A stretch of DNA of 64,000 nt from an uncultured Alphaproteobacteria bacterium (GTDB taxonomy: Bacteria > Pseudomonadota > Alphaproteobacteria > HIMB59 > GCA-002718135): NCBI GenBank assembly GCA_902597015.1, contig CACJWQ010000001.1, positions 4,520 through 68,519 of the forward strand, given 5' to 3'. A program made the translations under genes and the position numbers. The notes under the pieces are model-generated. The model was not told the DNA's origin, ran no database searches, and saw nothing but the letters and a program-made list of their open reading frames with translations. This document shows positions 45,738 through 55,222 of the stretch, piece after piece (positions within the stretch are counted from its first letter, which is position 1; each line of letters opens with the position of its first letter).

Positions 45738-45758
45738 AACTCCTTTATTAAGCAAGTT
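45738..45758 (-). promoter_or_regulatory. ROSE-like SD-sequestering hairpin (candidate RNA thermometer)
   Basis: The minus-strand RNA is AACUU-G-CUU AAUA AAGGAGUU. The UUGCU stretch pairs with the SD, leaving a bulged G, as in ROSE elements upstream of alphaproteobacterial sHSP genes. Confidence 0.4.
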
Positions 45759-45797
45759 TATTTTGTCCGCACCCACAATGGCATACAGACAATTATT

Positions 45798-45825
45798 ATG
45801 TGGGGATGATTGTGTTTAATTCAAG
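45798..45825 (-). promoter_or_regulatory. Sigma-32 (RpoH)-type heat-shock promoter
   Basis: The minus strand reads CTTGAAT-N13-CCCCACAT, against the consensus CTTGAAA-N13/14-CCCCATNT. It sits in the 97-bp spacer upstream of the Hsp20 start. Confidence 0.55.
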
Positions 45826-45831
45826 TCTTTA

Positions 45832-46488
45832 TTATTTTTTTCTTATAAACGATAATCCATCAGATAATGGCAGAAGAGAAAATTCCACTCTTGTGTCATT
45901 TTGTATTTTTAAATTTAAATTACGGATAGTTTTTGTTTGAGAGTCTTGTTTAGTTTCGTCAGCAACATCACCGTGCCAAAGCATATTATCAATAATTATT
46001 ATTCCATTTGAAACTAATAGGTTTAGTGACAATTCGTAATAATTTGGATAATTATTCTTATCTGCATCTATAAAAATTAAATCATAACTTTGTTGACGGT
46101 CTATCATGCTTTGCATTACCTCAACACCATCTCCAATAATCGATTCAATTTTTGAGCTCATATTATCTAATTCCCAATATTTTTTTGCTAAGGGTAAAAA
46201 TTCATCTGAATTATCAACAGTTACAATTTTTCCTGATTCAGGTATACCTCTAGCCAAAAACAAAGTGCTCATTCCTGTAAATCTTCCAATTTCTAAACAG
46301 TTTTTAGCATTGGAAATTTTAGTTATCATTTCTAAAAACTGACCTTGTTCTTTTGCAATCTGCATTTGGGAAACACTACCAAGTTTTAAAGTTTCATTTT
46401 CTAGTTCAGTAATTATTTTATCTTCTCGGTAACCTACACTTTGTAAGTATTGCACAAGTGCTTCATTAATTTCAGTTTGAGTGCTCAT
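45832..46488 (-). CDS. Class-I SAM-dependent O-methyltransferase (caffeoyl-CoA OMT-like, PF01596-type)
   Basis: 218 aa. Contains LEIGRFTGMSTLFLA (motif I) and DLIFIDADKNNY, typical of cation-dependent OMTs. Confidence 0.75.
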   Translation of the reverse strand: MSTQTEINEALVQYLQSVGYREDKIITELENETLKLGSVSQMQIAKEQGQFLEMITKISNAKNCLEIGRFTGMSTLFLARGIPESGKIVTVDNSDEFLPLAKKYWELDNMSSKIESIIGDGVEVMQSMIDRQQSYDLIFIDADKNNYPNYYELSLNLLVSNGIIIIDNMLWHGDVADETKQDSQTKTIRNLNLKIQNDTRVEFSLLPLSDGLSFIRKK

Positions 46489-47798
46489 TAATTTATGGTT
46501 TCAAATATTTCAGATAGTTTTTGAGTTTTTTTATCTGAAATAATGAAACAGGCTTTTATTTTATTTATTAAATTATCATCTATATTTTTACTTGAGTATA
46601 AACTTAACAGAGGAGTTGAGGAATTTACTTCATCGCCTATATTGAGAACATTATTATATCCAACTCCGTAATCTATTTTATCGGTAACCTGTTTTCTTCC
46701 ACCTCCAAGTTCAATAAGTATAAGGCCTAATTCTCTGGTATGAATTTTTTCTATCCACCCTTCCTCATTACAAAATACATCTTTTCGAACGGAGGTATTT
46801 ATTAAATCTTTTTCAAAAGATGATAAAATATTTTTTGGTCCACCCAAGGCTGCAACCATCATTTCAAATTTTTCTGCAGCTAGTCCATTATTAATAACCG
46901 TATTAATTTTATTATATGCTTCTTCTTTCGAAATTTTATAAATGTTTACTAATAGCGAAGATATTAATTCATTAGTGATCTTCTCTAATCGGTGATCCTT
47001 TAAATCATTTTTAATATATTTTATGCATTCTAATATTTCTAGTGTATGACCAGCGCTTTTACCTAAGACCTGATTCATATCTGTTAGTATAGCTTCACAA
47101 TGTAAACCTGCTCCTTTAGCGACTCTTACTAATGAGTTGGATAAATTTCTTGCTATATCAATAGTGCTATTAAAAGATCCATTACCAACTTTTACATCAA
47201 GTACTAAAGATGAAAGACCGCTTGCAATTTTTTTTGAAAGAATAGATGATGTTATTAAAGGTAAAGATTCTACTGTACCTACAATATCCCTTATAGAATA
47301 TAATTTTTTATCAGCTGGTGCTAAGTTAGAGGTTTGACCAATAATTGCACAACCAACGTCTTTTACAACTTTTTTAAAAGTTTCTAAATCAGGCTTTGTA
47401 TTGTACCCAGGTATTGAGTCAAATTTATCTAGAGTACCCCCGGTATGACCCAAGCCTCTACCTGAAATCATAGGTACATACAGTCCACAAGCTGCAAGTA
47501 TTGGTGCTAATATAACACTCGTCTTGTCTCCAACACCACCAGTAGAGTGCTTATCACAAACCAACTCAGAATCTACAATCTCAGACCAATTCAGTGTATC
47601 GCCTGAGTTCGTCATCGCCTCAGTTAAACAAACAGTTTCTTCAGGAGTCATTCCATTTGCAAATATTGCCATGCTCATTGCTGCAATTTGCGCGTCTGAA
47701 AAAGATCCATCTGTTAAACCGTCTACAAAAAAGTTGATATCTTCTTTTGATAGATCTTGGTTATCTCTTTTTTTTCTAATTATCTCTTGAGGTATCAT
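46488..47798 (-). CDS. deoA: Thymidine/pyrimidine-nucleoside phosphorylase
   Basis: N-terminal IIRKKRDNQDLSKEDINFFV...AQIAAMSMAI and DKHSTGGVGDKTS are present. Confidence 0.85.
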   Translation of the reverse strand: MIPQEIIRKKRDNQDLSKEDINFFVDGLTDGSFSDAQIAAMSMAIFANGMTPEETVCLTEAMTNSGDTLNWSEIVDSELVCDKHSTGGVGDKTSVILAPILAACGLYVPMISGRGLGHTGGTLDKFDSIPGYNTKPDLETFKKVVKDVGCAIIGQTSNLAPADKKLYSIRDIVGTVESLPLITSSILSKKIASGLSSLVLDVKVGNGSFNSTIDIARNLSNSLVRVAKGAGLHCEAILTDMNQVLGKSAGHTLEILECIKYIKNDLKDHRLEKITNELISSLLVNIYKISKEEAYNKINTVINNGLAAEKFEMMVAALGGPKNILSSFEKDLINTSVRKDVFCNEEGWIEKIHTRELGLILIELGGGRKQVTDKIDYGVGYNNVLNIGDEVNSSTPLLSLYSSKNIDDNLINKIKACFIISDKKTQKLSEIFETIN

Positions 47799-48606
47799 CG
47801 AATTGAACTTCTTGTATAAATTGTTTAATTAAATTTAAAACATTGTTCTCTGCTAAACTTGCATTCTCTAAAGTTTCTTGATGACTTAATTTTGTTTTAT
47901 TCATACCAGCAGCTAAGTTGGTGATTACACTGATACCAATAACAGGAAGTCCGCAATGATTAGCAACTAAAACTTCTGGTACTGTAGACATTCCAACTGC
48001 ATTTCCGCCTATTACTTTTAAGGCATTGATTTCAGCAGGTGTTTCAAAGTTTGGTCCTGAGTACATACAATAAATACCTTCATAAATTTTTTGATCTATT
48101 TTTTTAGCGACTTGCATTAACTGATCTCTATAAAACTTATGATACCCATCACTCATATCATGAAAGCGAGGGCCATACTCTTCAGCATTGGGTCCAATAA
48201 GTGGATTGAAACCACTCCAGTTAATATGATCTTTAATTGCCATTAGACTGCCAGCCGGCATAGCTTCATCTAAACTACCTGCTGCATTTGTAACAACTAA
48301 TAACTTGCACCCAATGTCTTTTAATACTCTTATGGGTGAAGCTAAGCTTTGAGGATTGTGTCCTTCATAAATATGGGATCTTCCATACATACAAACAACA
48401 TTTAAAGTATTTATTTTTCCTAAAACTAATTTACCTGCGTGACCTTTGACAGTTGGCTGTGGAAAATCAGTTAACTGTTCATATGAAATTGATTCTTGAA
48501 TATCTTTTTCTTCAAAAAAATTAGTCAGTCCACTTCCTAAAATTACGGCAATATCAGGTGAAGTATTATTTGTTATGTCTAAAAATTTTTTGGCCGAAGG
48601 TAGCAT
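47776..48606 (-). CDS. Purine nucleoside phosphorylase (PNP-I, inosine/guanosine type)
   Basis: Motifs ILGSGL, GHAGKLVLG, GRSHIYEG, VTNAAGSL and AVGMSTVPE are present. Confidence 0.85.
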   Translation of the reverse strand: MLPSAKKFLDITNNTSPDIAVILGSGLTNFFEEKDIQESISYEQLTDFPQPTVKGHAGKLVLGKINTLNVVCMYGRSHIYEGHNPQSLASPIRVLKDIGCKLLVVTNAAGSLDEAMPAGSLMAIKDHINWSGFNPLIGPNAEEYGPRFHDMSDGYHKFYRDQLMQVAKKIDQKIYEGIYCMYSGPNFETPAEINALKVIGGNAVGMSTVPEVLVANHCGLPVIGISVITNLAAGMNKTKLSHQETLENASLAENNVLNLIKQFIQEVQFDDTSRDN

Positions 48607-49022
48607 TAAAGATTCTCTGGGCCAAAAGAATCTGGAAGTAATTCTTCGAGCGTAGATGTTTTCATATGACCATTTTCGTTACACATATGAATCTTAGTAT
48701 CTAAAGTAGCAAATTCTCTTAACCTCTGTCTACAACCGCCACAAGGTGAGCATAATAATTCACCTGAACCTATAACCACAACTTCTAAAATTTTTTTGTT
48801 TCCATTAGATATCATATTTCCAATTGCTGTTGCTTCGGCACACTGGGATTGAGGATAGGCTGCATTTTCAACATTACAACCAGTAATAATTTTACTATCT
48901 TCTGTTAGAAAAGCTGCTCCTACTTTGAAATTTGAATATGGCACATGAGCTTGCTCTCTAACTTTTTTTGCAGCCTTGAATAAACTATCAAAATTTTCTG
49001 AAACCATATTCTTGTTTAACAT
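48606..49022 (-). CDS. cdd: Cytidine deaminase
   Basis: Zn-binding motifs CAEATAI and PCGGCRQ are present. 138 aa. Confidence 0.85.
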   Translation of the reverse strand: MLNKNMVSENFDSLFKAAKKVREQAHVPYSNFKVGAAFLTEDSKIITGCNVENAAYPQSQCAEATAIGNMISNGNKKILEVVVIGSGELLCSPCGGCRQRLREFATLDTKIHMCNENGHMKTSTLEELLPDSFGPENL

Positions 49023-49048
49023 GAAATTACTAAAAAAATTATTTATTT

Positions 49049-50200
49049 CTAAATCTTAAACAAATCTTGAGACAAATCAGGAAGTTCATCTCCCCAAAAA
49101 ACTTCTTTACGTAAAAATTCTGGATCTTGGTTAAAACAAACAGACATTGCAGAATTATAAACAGCCCTTGAGTCAATAGTCGAATTTAGATCTCTTCCCT
49201 CAAACAATTCTTTCTTTTTTAGTCCAGGCCAATCTGTATAAACTTGAGATTTTTTTAACAAACCTCCAGCCATAAGTATTGCACTTCCATATCCGTGCTC
49301 AGTTCCATAACCTCCATTTTGTTTTATAGTTCGGCCAAATTCAGTCAGAGTAAGAATTAATGTATTATCAAATGCTTGGCCAAGATTTTCATGTAGAATA
49401 GTAACAATCTTATTTACTTCTTCTAGTTCATCGGCATGTGCTCCATCAACACCTCCTTGAGCAGCATGGGTATCAAAACCATCTAAATCAAATACAGCAA
49501 CTCGAGGACCACTTTGATCTTTTAATTGTTTAGCAGCTTCAAGAGCAAGTTTTTTTCTATCATCAGAGTCAGTAGCTATTTGCATAGACAATGGTCTTTG
49601 TCTTATTGTATCAAGTGTAGATTTAATTAGCTCGTTATGCTCACCCTTAAATTCATTATAAATTTGATCTATTAACTTTGTTTCAACAAAATCTGGTGAT
49701 GGGAAGAAATTATTATTCTGTGGCACACCTCTTAGTAAAAGTGGCATTGGTAAAGATATTGCCAAACCTTTTCCTATAATATTTGAAGCTAGTAACCCCC
49801 TACCAAGCCATCCTGTTTTTTCTTTGTATGGAATGTGCGCTCCAGTTTCCATTAAATTTTGTCCATCAAAATGTGATCTGCCTGTGTAAGGAATATTTGT
49901 TGCATGAACAATTGCCGCTTGATTTTTTTGCCAGAGTTTATGAAAAATTTCTAATTTAGGATGAAGGCCGAAGTCACTGTTCAAATTAAGAACGTCTTCC
50001 AGAATGAGTTTTTTTCTTAATTTTTTGAGACGTTTATCTCCAATAACAGGAACAGCTGTTAAACCATCCATTCCTCCACGAAGTGATATGATAATTAGAT
50101 TTTTTTTCTGCATTGAAGCAAAACTTATTTTTGGAAAATATCCAGAAAGAAACAATGTTGTTGATCCTCCAATTAAAAAATTTCTTCTTGTGCAGTTCAT
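49049..50200 (-). CDS. DUF1501-family protein (Tat-exported, alkaline-phosphatase/sulfatase-like fold)
   Basis: Tat-like N-terminus TRRNFLIGGSTTLF and the motif DLDGFDTHA. It has a 4-nt overlap with the upstream DUF1800 gene. Confidence 0.7.
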   Translation of the reverse strand: MNCTRRNFLIGGSTTLFLSGYFPKISFASMQKKNLIIISLRGGMDGLTAVPVIGDKRLKKLRKKLILEDVLNLNSDFGLHPKLEIFHKLWQKNQAAIVHATNIPYTGRSHFDGQNLMETGAHIPYKEKTGWLGRGLLASNIIGKGLAISLPMPLLLRGVPQNNNFFPSPDFVETKLIDQIYNEFKGEHNELIKSTLDTIRQRPLSMQIATDSDDRKKLALEAAKQLKDQSGPRVAVFDLDGFDTHAAQGGVDGAHADELEEVNKIVTILHENLGQAFDNTLILTLTEFGRTIKQNGGYGTEHGYGSAILMAGGLLKKSQVYTDWPGLKKKELFEGRDLNSTIDSRAVYNSAMSVCFNQDPEFLRKEVFWGDELPDLSQDLFKI

Positions 50201-51633
50201 ATTTTTAATACTCCTGGCAAATTACAAATGACTCCATACTTTTGCCCTAAATCATAATCTGATGTGCCAAATCTAAAATTATCAATAAGTGATGCCATAT
50301 TTTCATGTTCTTCAAAATTATTTTTAAGACAAGATAAAATAAAACCATGGGATCTGTTTCCAGATTTAACAAGCATTGGAAGTTCGACTGAAGCAAACCA
50401 AAAGCGACGTAATAATAATTCTGGCGATACCCAATCTACCTCCAAATCACTCCAACCATTAGGTTGTTTAGCACGATAAGGTGAATGACCTATTTCTCTA
50501 AGTATCCAAGATAACTGTCTTTGTCTATTATTTGGCTTTATCTTAAAAGTATAATTCATTTTTTCAAATGAAAGCGGAATATTTAAATCAAACATTCTAG
50601 ATAATTGCATTAACCATATTTCAGGTGGATGAAATTTATGTGTAATCTCATTATACTTATAAGCTTGCGTTATAACTGCTTTGTGAATTTCAATCAGGCT
50701 ACCGTTGGATTTGTTCCATGCATCTATAACTGGGTTTATCATTTCATCTGTTGGTTCATCTGTAATAAAATGCCTGCATAATTTTGTTGAAACAAATTTG
50801 ATACATATTGGGTGTGTTGCCAAATCATGAATTACCTTTGCAAGTTCTCTTTTTGCATCATTTTTATATTTAACTCCTAAAACTACTTTATCTCCTTTTT
50901 GATGCATTTCCTGATCAAACCATATATCCCCGGTTTCTAAATTTTTTCTATCCCATTTGTGCGCCCAACCTGTCATGATATAGGCTAACTGAATCACATC
51001 TTCCTGAGTGTATCCAGCATTTGGAGATACTGTATGTAATTCTAATAATTCTCTTGCATGATTTTCGTTTATCGTTTCTCCCCATTCCATTCCTTTTTTA
51101 GAATTGGGGCCAAAAGATTCTGAATTATCAAGGTGGTGAATCATACACCATGAAGTTGTAACTGACTGAACCATCTCTTCAAAAGTTTTAACCATGTTAG
51201 GTCTAATAATTTCACGTTGATAGGGTCCGGTACTAAACTCTGCTAAAAAATCTTTTTCACTTATTGCAAAATGATTTCCCCAAAAAAGCCAGAAACGCTC
51301 GAAAACGGGTTGTTTGGAATACTTTGTTTGAAAATGACGAATGGCATGTTCATTTAATTCAAAATATCTTTCTCCAGTTTTTATTCTTAATTCATCTTTT
51401 GCTTTCCTATAGGCATGTTTATCATTTTTAAATTTTTTTCTTAAAACTTCTCTATCTCCGTAGACCCATTCACCATATTTTTTTCTTAAATCTTTTTCTG
51501 TTGGGATTGTTCCAGGCCACAAGAGATCAGGTATGGTATCTAATTGATTTATTGCCCAATTAAGAGGATCTTTATCTGGTTTTTCATGTGGCGACAGGCC
51601 AAACGCTACTCGTCTATAAAAATTTAATGACAT
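50197..51633 (-). CDS. DUF1800-family protein
   Basis: 478 aa, forming the conserved DUF1800-DUF1501 gene pair. Confidence 0.65.
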   Translation of the reverse strand: MSLNFYRRVAFGLSPHEKPDKDPLNWAINQLDTIPDLLWPGTIPTEKDLRKKYGEWVYGDREVLRKKFKNDKHAYRKAKDELRIKTGERYFELNEHAIRHFQTKYSKQPVFERFWLFWGNHFAISEKDFLAEFSTGPYQREIIRPNMVKTFEEMVQSVTTSWCMIHHLDNSESFGPNSKKGMEWGETINENHARELLELHTVSPNAGYTQEDVIQLAYIMTGWAHKWDRKNLETGDIWFDQEMHQKGDKVVLGVKYKNDAKRELAKVIHDLATHPICIKFVSTKLCRHFITDEPTDEMINPVIDAWNKSNGSLIEIHKAVITQAYKYNEITHKFHPPEIWLMQLSRMFDLNIPLSFEKMNYTFKIKPNNRQRQLSWILREIGHSPYRAKQPNGWSDLEVDWVSPELLLRRFWFASVELPMLVKSGNRSHGFILSCLKNNFEEHENMASLIDNFRFGTSDYDLGQKYGVICNLPGVLKI

Positions 51634-51685
51634 ATATAAAAAAAAATAGTTTACATATATTTATAATTTTTAAAAATAAAATTTA

Positions 51686-52336
51686 ATGAAAAATATACCT
51701 CTAAAAATTTGTGGCATAACAAATGTAAAATCTGTTGAAGTGGCACATAAAAATAAAATAAAATCATTGGGTTTTGCAAGTAAAAATTTGAATGGACCAA
51801 ACACAGTTAGTGATAAAAAAATACAATCATTAATTAAAGAATGTAAAAATTATAAGATAGAATCAGTACTTCTGACTCGGTATGTCTCTTTAGACAAGCT
51901 AATAGAACAAATAGATTTTACAAAACCAAAGACAATTTCATGTTCATATCATTTTCCCAAAAAAGATTTATTAAAAATAAAAAAAATATTTAAAAGATTA
52001 AAAATTGGTATTGCTATTAATCCAGAAAATTTTGATAAAAAGTACATTGAATCAATTAGAAAATTTGTTGATGTTATTTATTTTGATATGAATGTTTACA
52101 GAAAAAAGAGTATTAAAAAATATTCATTGAGAAAAAGTATTAAACAAATACAATTTATAAAAAGTAAAAATATTCCAGTTTATATTGGTGGTGGTATAGA
52201 CAAAAAAAATGTTTCAAACATTCTAAAACAAATAATACCTTTTGGATTAGATATTTCTAGAAGTTTGAAAAATCAGAGAAATTTAATTTCTAAATCAAAA
52301 CTCAAAGATTTTTTAAATCAAATTTCGGTAGGATAA
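51686..52336 (+). CDS. trpF: Phosphoribosylanthranilate isomerase (TrpF)-like protein, divergent
   Basis: N-terminal LKICGITN...SLGFA and C-terminal YIGGGIDKKNV...GLDISRSL match the TrpF layout (KICGIT, LAGGLxxxNV, GVDVSSGVE). It is very K/I/N-rich. Confidence 0.55.
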   Translation: MKNIPLKICGITNVKSVEVAHKNKIKSLGFASKNLNGPNTVSDKKIQSLIKECKNYKIESVLLTRYVSLDKLIEQIDFTKPKTISCSYHFPKKDLLKIKKIFKRLKIGIAINPENFDKKYIESIRKFVDVIYFDMNVYRKKSIKKYSLRKSIKQIQFIKSKNIPVYIGGGIDKKNVSNILKQIIPFGLDISRSLKNQRNLISKSKLKDFLNQISVG

Positions 52337-52813
52337 TCTTTTAATAATATATTTATTTTGCAACTCTTTCGATAATACTTTTATTGATTTTTTTTCGATC
52401 GGATGTCTGAGAAAAGGATCAATATCAAGTATTGGATATAACACGAAGTCTCTTTCAGCTGCTCTAGGGTGAGGAATTATTAAATTTTTTTTATTAAATA
52501 TTTGTTTGCCAAAAAAAATAATATCTAAATCAATAATTCTTGGACCATTGATTATTTTTTTATTTTTTTTTAATTTTTTTTCAATTTCATAAATATTATT
52601 TATTAATTCTAATGGCTGCTGATTGGTTAATAGTTTAATTGCGGTGTTAAAAAAATTACTTTGCGATTTGTATCCATAAGGAGAAGAAATATAAATATTA
52701 GCAATTTTTTTTATATTACCAATATTTTCTAACTCTCTAACGGCAGAGCGTAAATTAAATATAGTATTACCTAGATTTGAGCCAAGTGCGATTATTGTTT
52801 CAGTTTGATACAC
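52313..52813 (-). CDS. folK: 2-amino-4-hydroxy-6-hydroxymethyldihydropteridine diphosphokinase (HPPK)
   Basis: Motifs IALGSNLGN, SSPYGYKSQSNFFN, GPRIIDLDII and IIPHPRAAERDFVLYPILDI are present. Confidence 0.8.
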   Translation of the reverse strand: MYQTETIIALGSNLGNTIFNLRSAVRELENIGNIKKIANIYISSPYGYKSQSNFFNTAIKLLTNQQPLELINNIYEIEKKLKKNKKIINGPRIIDLDIIFFGKQIFNKKNLIIPHPRAAERDFVLYPILDIDPFLRHPIEKKSIKVLSKELQNKYIIKRLSYRNLI

Positions 52814-53144
52814 TTAGTGATTCAGCTCCATATTTTTTTGCTACAGCTGTTTTATTAATTGTAATTTTAGCTTTTTTTATTTTAAATTTTTTTTCAAGAG
52901 CATTGGATGTTTTTATTATTAAATTCTCAAGAGTATGTGATTGAGATTCCTTTATGAAAGTTTTTAAATATTTAGTAATAGATGAATAATCCTTCACATT
53001 ATTTATATTATTTAAATCTAGTGAGTTTTTAATAGGATAACTAAATTCTAATGTTACCTTTAATAACTGTTTTTTCTTTCGCTCTTGAGCAGTGATACCT
53101 ATGTTTGCACTGATGGATAAGTTTTTAATTTCTACTTTGAACAT
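52800..53144 (-). CDS. folB: Dihydroneopterin aldolase
   Basis: 114 aa. The N-terminal IKNLSISANIGITAQERKKKQLLKVTLEF fits the FolB pattern. It sits between folP and folK with overlaps. Confidence 0.7.
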   Translation of the reverse strand: MFKVEIKNLSISANIGITAQERKKKQLLKVTLEFSYPIKNSLDLNNINNVKDYSSITKYLKTFIKESQSHTLENLIIKTSNALEKKFKIKKAKITINKTAVAKKYGAESLSVSN

Positions 53145-53950
53145 AGTTTTTCAAAAATTTTTAATGATTGAGACGTTTCTTTTATGTCGTGAACTCTAAA
53201 TATATCAACTCCCTTTTGATAACAATATAATGCAGAAGCGATTGAACCTCCCAATCTTTGATTTGTTTCACTCTTATCTATGAAGTTGATCCAGCTTTTT
53301 CTAGATGATCCTAATAATAATCCATACCCCTTAAACTTAAACTGATTAATTTTTTGCATAATTTCTATATTTTGTTTTAAATTTTTACCAAAACCAATAC
53401 CTGGGTCAAACCAAACTTTGGATGAAGGAATTTTTATTTTTTCTAATTGTTTAATTTTCTGAAGAAATATCTTTTTAATATCTTGTACAACATTATTATA
53501 TGAGTGTATTTTCTTTTGCATTGTTTTGGGTGGTGCAGGTGTGTGCATTAAAATTAAACCAGTTTTAAATTTTTTAGTTAAAAAGAATAAATCTTCTGAG
53601 CCACCGAAGACATCATTTATAATATGTGCTCCCATATTCAATGCATATTCTTGAGTTTCAATTTTATTAGTATCAACCGATATGACAAATTTATTTTTTG
53701 GCAATTTTTTTAATATTGGTTCTAATCTTTTAACTTCTTCTTTGTGTGTCAATGGATCTGAGCCAGGTCTTGTACTTTCTGCCCCAATGTCAATAATACT
53801 TGCTCCATTTTTGACCATTTCTTTAATATTTTTTAGTGCATCTAAACTTTTAAAACTCTTTCCACCATCACTAAAAGAGTCAGGAGTAACATTGCATATT
53901 CCCATTACCGTTGGGCTAGTTAGTTTAAAATTATATTTCCCTAATTTCAT
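53132..53950 (-). CDS. folP: Dihydropteroate synthase
   Basis: Motifs MGICNVTPDSFSDGG, IIDIGAESTRPG, SVDT, IINDV and GIGFGK are present. Confidence 0.85.
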   Translation of the reverse strand: MKLGKYNFKLTSPTVMGICNVTPDSFSDGGKSFKSLDALKNIKEMVKNGASIIDIGAESTRPGSDPLTHKEEVKRLEPILKKLPKNKFVISVDTNKIETQEYALNMGAHIINDVFGGSEDLFFLTKKFKTGLILMHTPAPPKTMQKKIHSYNNVVQDIKKIFLQKIKQLEKIKIPSSKVWFDPGIGFGKNLKQNIEIMQKINQFKFKGYGLLLGSSRKSWINFIDKSETNQRLGGSIASALYCYQKGVDIFRVHDIKETSQSLKIFEKLCSK

Positions 53951-54702
53951 TTCAATAATATTTTTGAATATTTTTTTGATAAAAAATTATATATTTTCAT
54001 TGAAGACCTATACCAATTAAATTGTTTAATAAAAGAAATACTAACCACGCCTTTACCAGAGCCAACTAAAAGTATTTCACTAAATTGATGTAAGCTAGAA
54101 ATATTAATATCTGTTCTATAAATTTTATAAGGTAGATTTTTAATTAAGTATTCTAGAGTAATTCCATAATAATAGTAATTTTTTGGAATAAATAATTTAT
54201 TACCATTTACAAAAATTAGATTGGTTGTCGAGCCTTCTAAAATTTTATTGTTAAAGTAAAAAAGAATCTCTTCTTTTTGTAAATTAATTTTTTTTTGTAA
54301 AGAAATTATTTTTTTGTACTGTAAGTTTTTGAAGTTAGGTAAAGCTCGTTGGAATCTAAAAAATTTTGCAGTAAAATACTTATGATCTTTGTTTCGTTTA
54401 CGTACAGATAATGAGATTATTTTTTTTGTGACTGCAATTCTTAATAGGTGGTCATAATTTTTAATTTTAGAATATTTATTTAAAAAATTAGTTAAAAAAT
54501 TTTTTGAAATTTTAACATCAATTCCAAAGTATCTTAAATCTTTATTTAGTTTTTTTAAATGCTGATCAACTAAGATAAAATTTGGCTCTTTGCCAAATAG
54601 TCTAATGGTTGTAAAGATACCCTTATACCCCCAAAGAGAATTGAACTTAAGTAATTTAAAATTCTTAGCGTGAAAGGATTTTTTTAATAAGATATTTTCC
54701 AT
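53947..54702 (-). CDS. pabC: Class-IV aminotransferase-fold protein, aminodeoxychorismate lyase-like
   Basis: 251 aa with ILEGSTTNLIFVNGNKLFIP...GITLEYL (fold-type IV signature region). It is placed between pabA and folP. Confidence 0.55.
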   Translation of the reverse strand: MENILLKKSFHAKNFKLLKFNSLWGYKGIFTTIRLFGKEPNFILVDQHLKKLNKDLRYFGIDVKISKNFLTNFLNKYSKIKNYDHLLRIAVTKKIISLSVRKRNKDHKYFTAKFFRFQRALPNFKNLQYKKIISLQKKINLQKEEILFYFNNKILEGSTTNLIFVNGNKLFIPKNYYYYGITLEYLIKNLPYKIYRTDINISSLHQFSEILLVGSGKGVVSISFIKQFNWYRSSMKIYNFLSKKYSKILLK

Positions 54703-55222
54703 GTGGAGTTAAAAATGAATCTGGGTGAAACTGTAATCCATAGACTTTATTAATATCATCTTCAACCGCCATTGCTACATTTGTTTTTACACAACGCATT
54801 GTAATTATCATTGATTGAGAAACAAATGGTTCAGCCATTTTTAAGGAATGATATCGACCTCCTAAAAAATTAAAATTTTTTTTAAAAATTGATTTATCGT
54901 TAGTAACTTTAATATGACTCTGATAACCATGGAGGATATTTTTTTGTTGAACTATTTTAGCTCCTTCACAAAAAACTATTTGTTGGAAACCTAAACATAT
55001 TCCTAATATTTTTTTCTTTCCTTTATATTTATTGTAAATCTTAGTTGTTAATGGATAATCTTTTGGTTCACCAGGGCCTGGCGAAAGAACGATGGTCGAA
55101 GATTTTTCTAGTTTTGTTTGATCTATTTCATAATAATTTGAAACAAATGTTGGCTCAATACTATCTAGTAGATGAGCTAAATTGTATGTGAATGAGTCTT
55201 CGTGATCAATAAGATAAATCAT
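54665..55222 (-). CDS. pabA: Aminodeoxychorismate/anthranilate synthase glutamine amidotransferase component
   Basis: N-terminal IYLIDHEDSFTYNL, catalytic LGICLGFQ, and LQFHPDS are present. Confidence 0.8.
   Translation of the reverse strand: MIYLIDHEDSFTYNLAHLLDSIEPTFVSNYYEIDQTKLEKSSTIVLSPGPGEPKDYPLTTKIYNKYKGKKKILGICLGFQQIVFCEGAKIVQQKNILHGYQSHIKVTNDKSIFKKNFNFLGGRYHSLKMAEPFVSQSMIITMRCVKTNVAMAVEDDINKVYGLQFHPDSFLTPHGKYLIKKILSR

Noticed and set aside
45735-45776. Upstream start for the Hsp20 ORF (track start 45776)
   Set aside because: The ATG at 45732-45734 is preceded by AAGGAG at ideal spacing. The extension would cover the ROSE-like hairpin and part of the leader.
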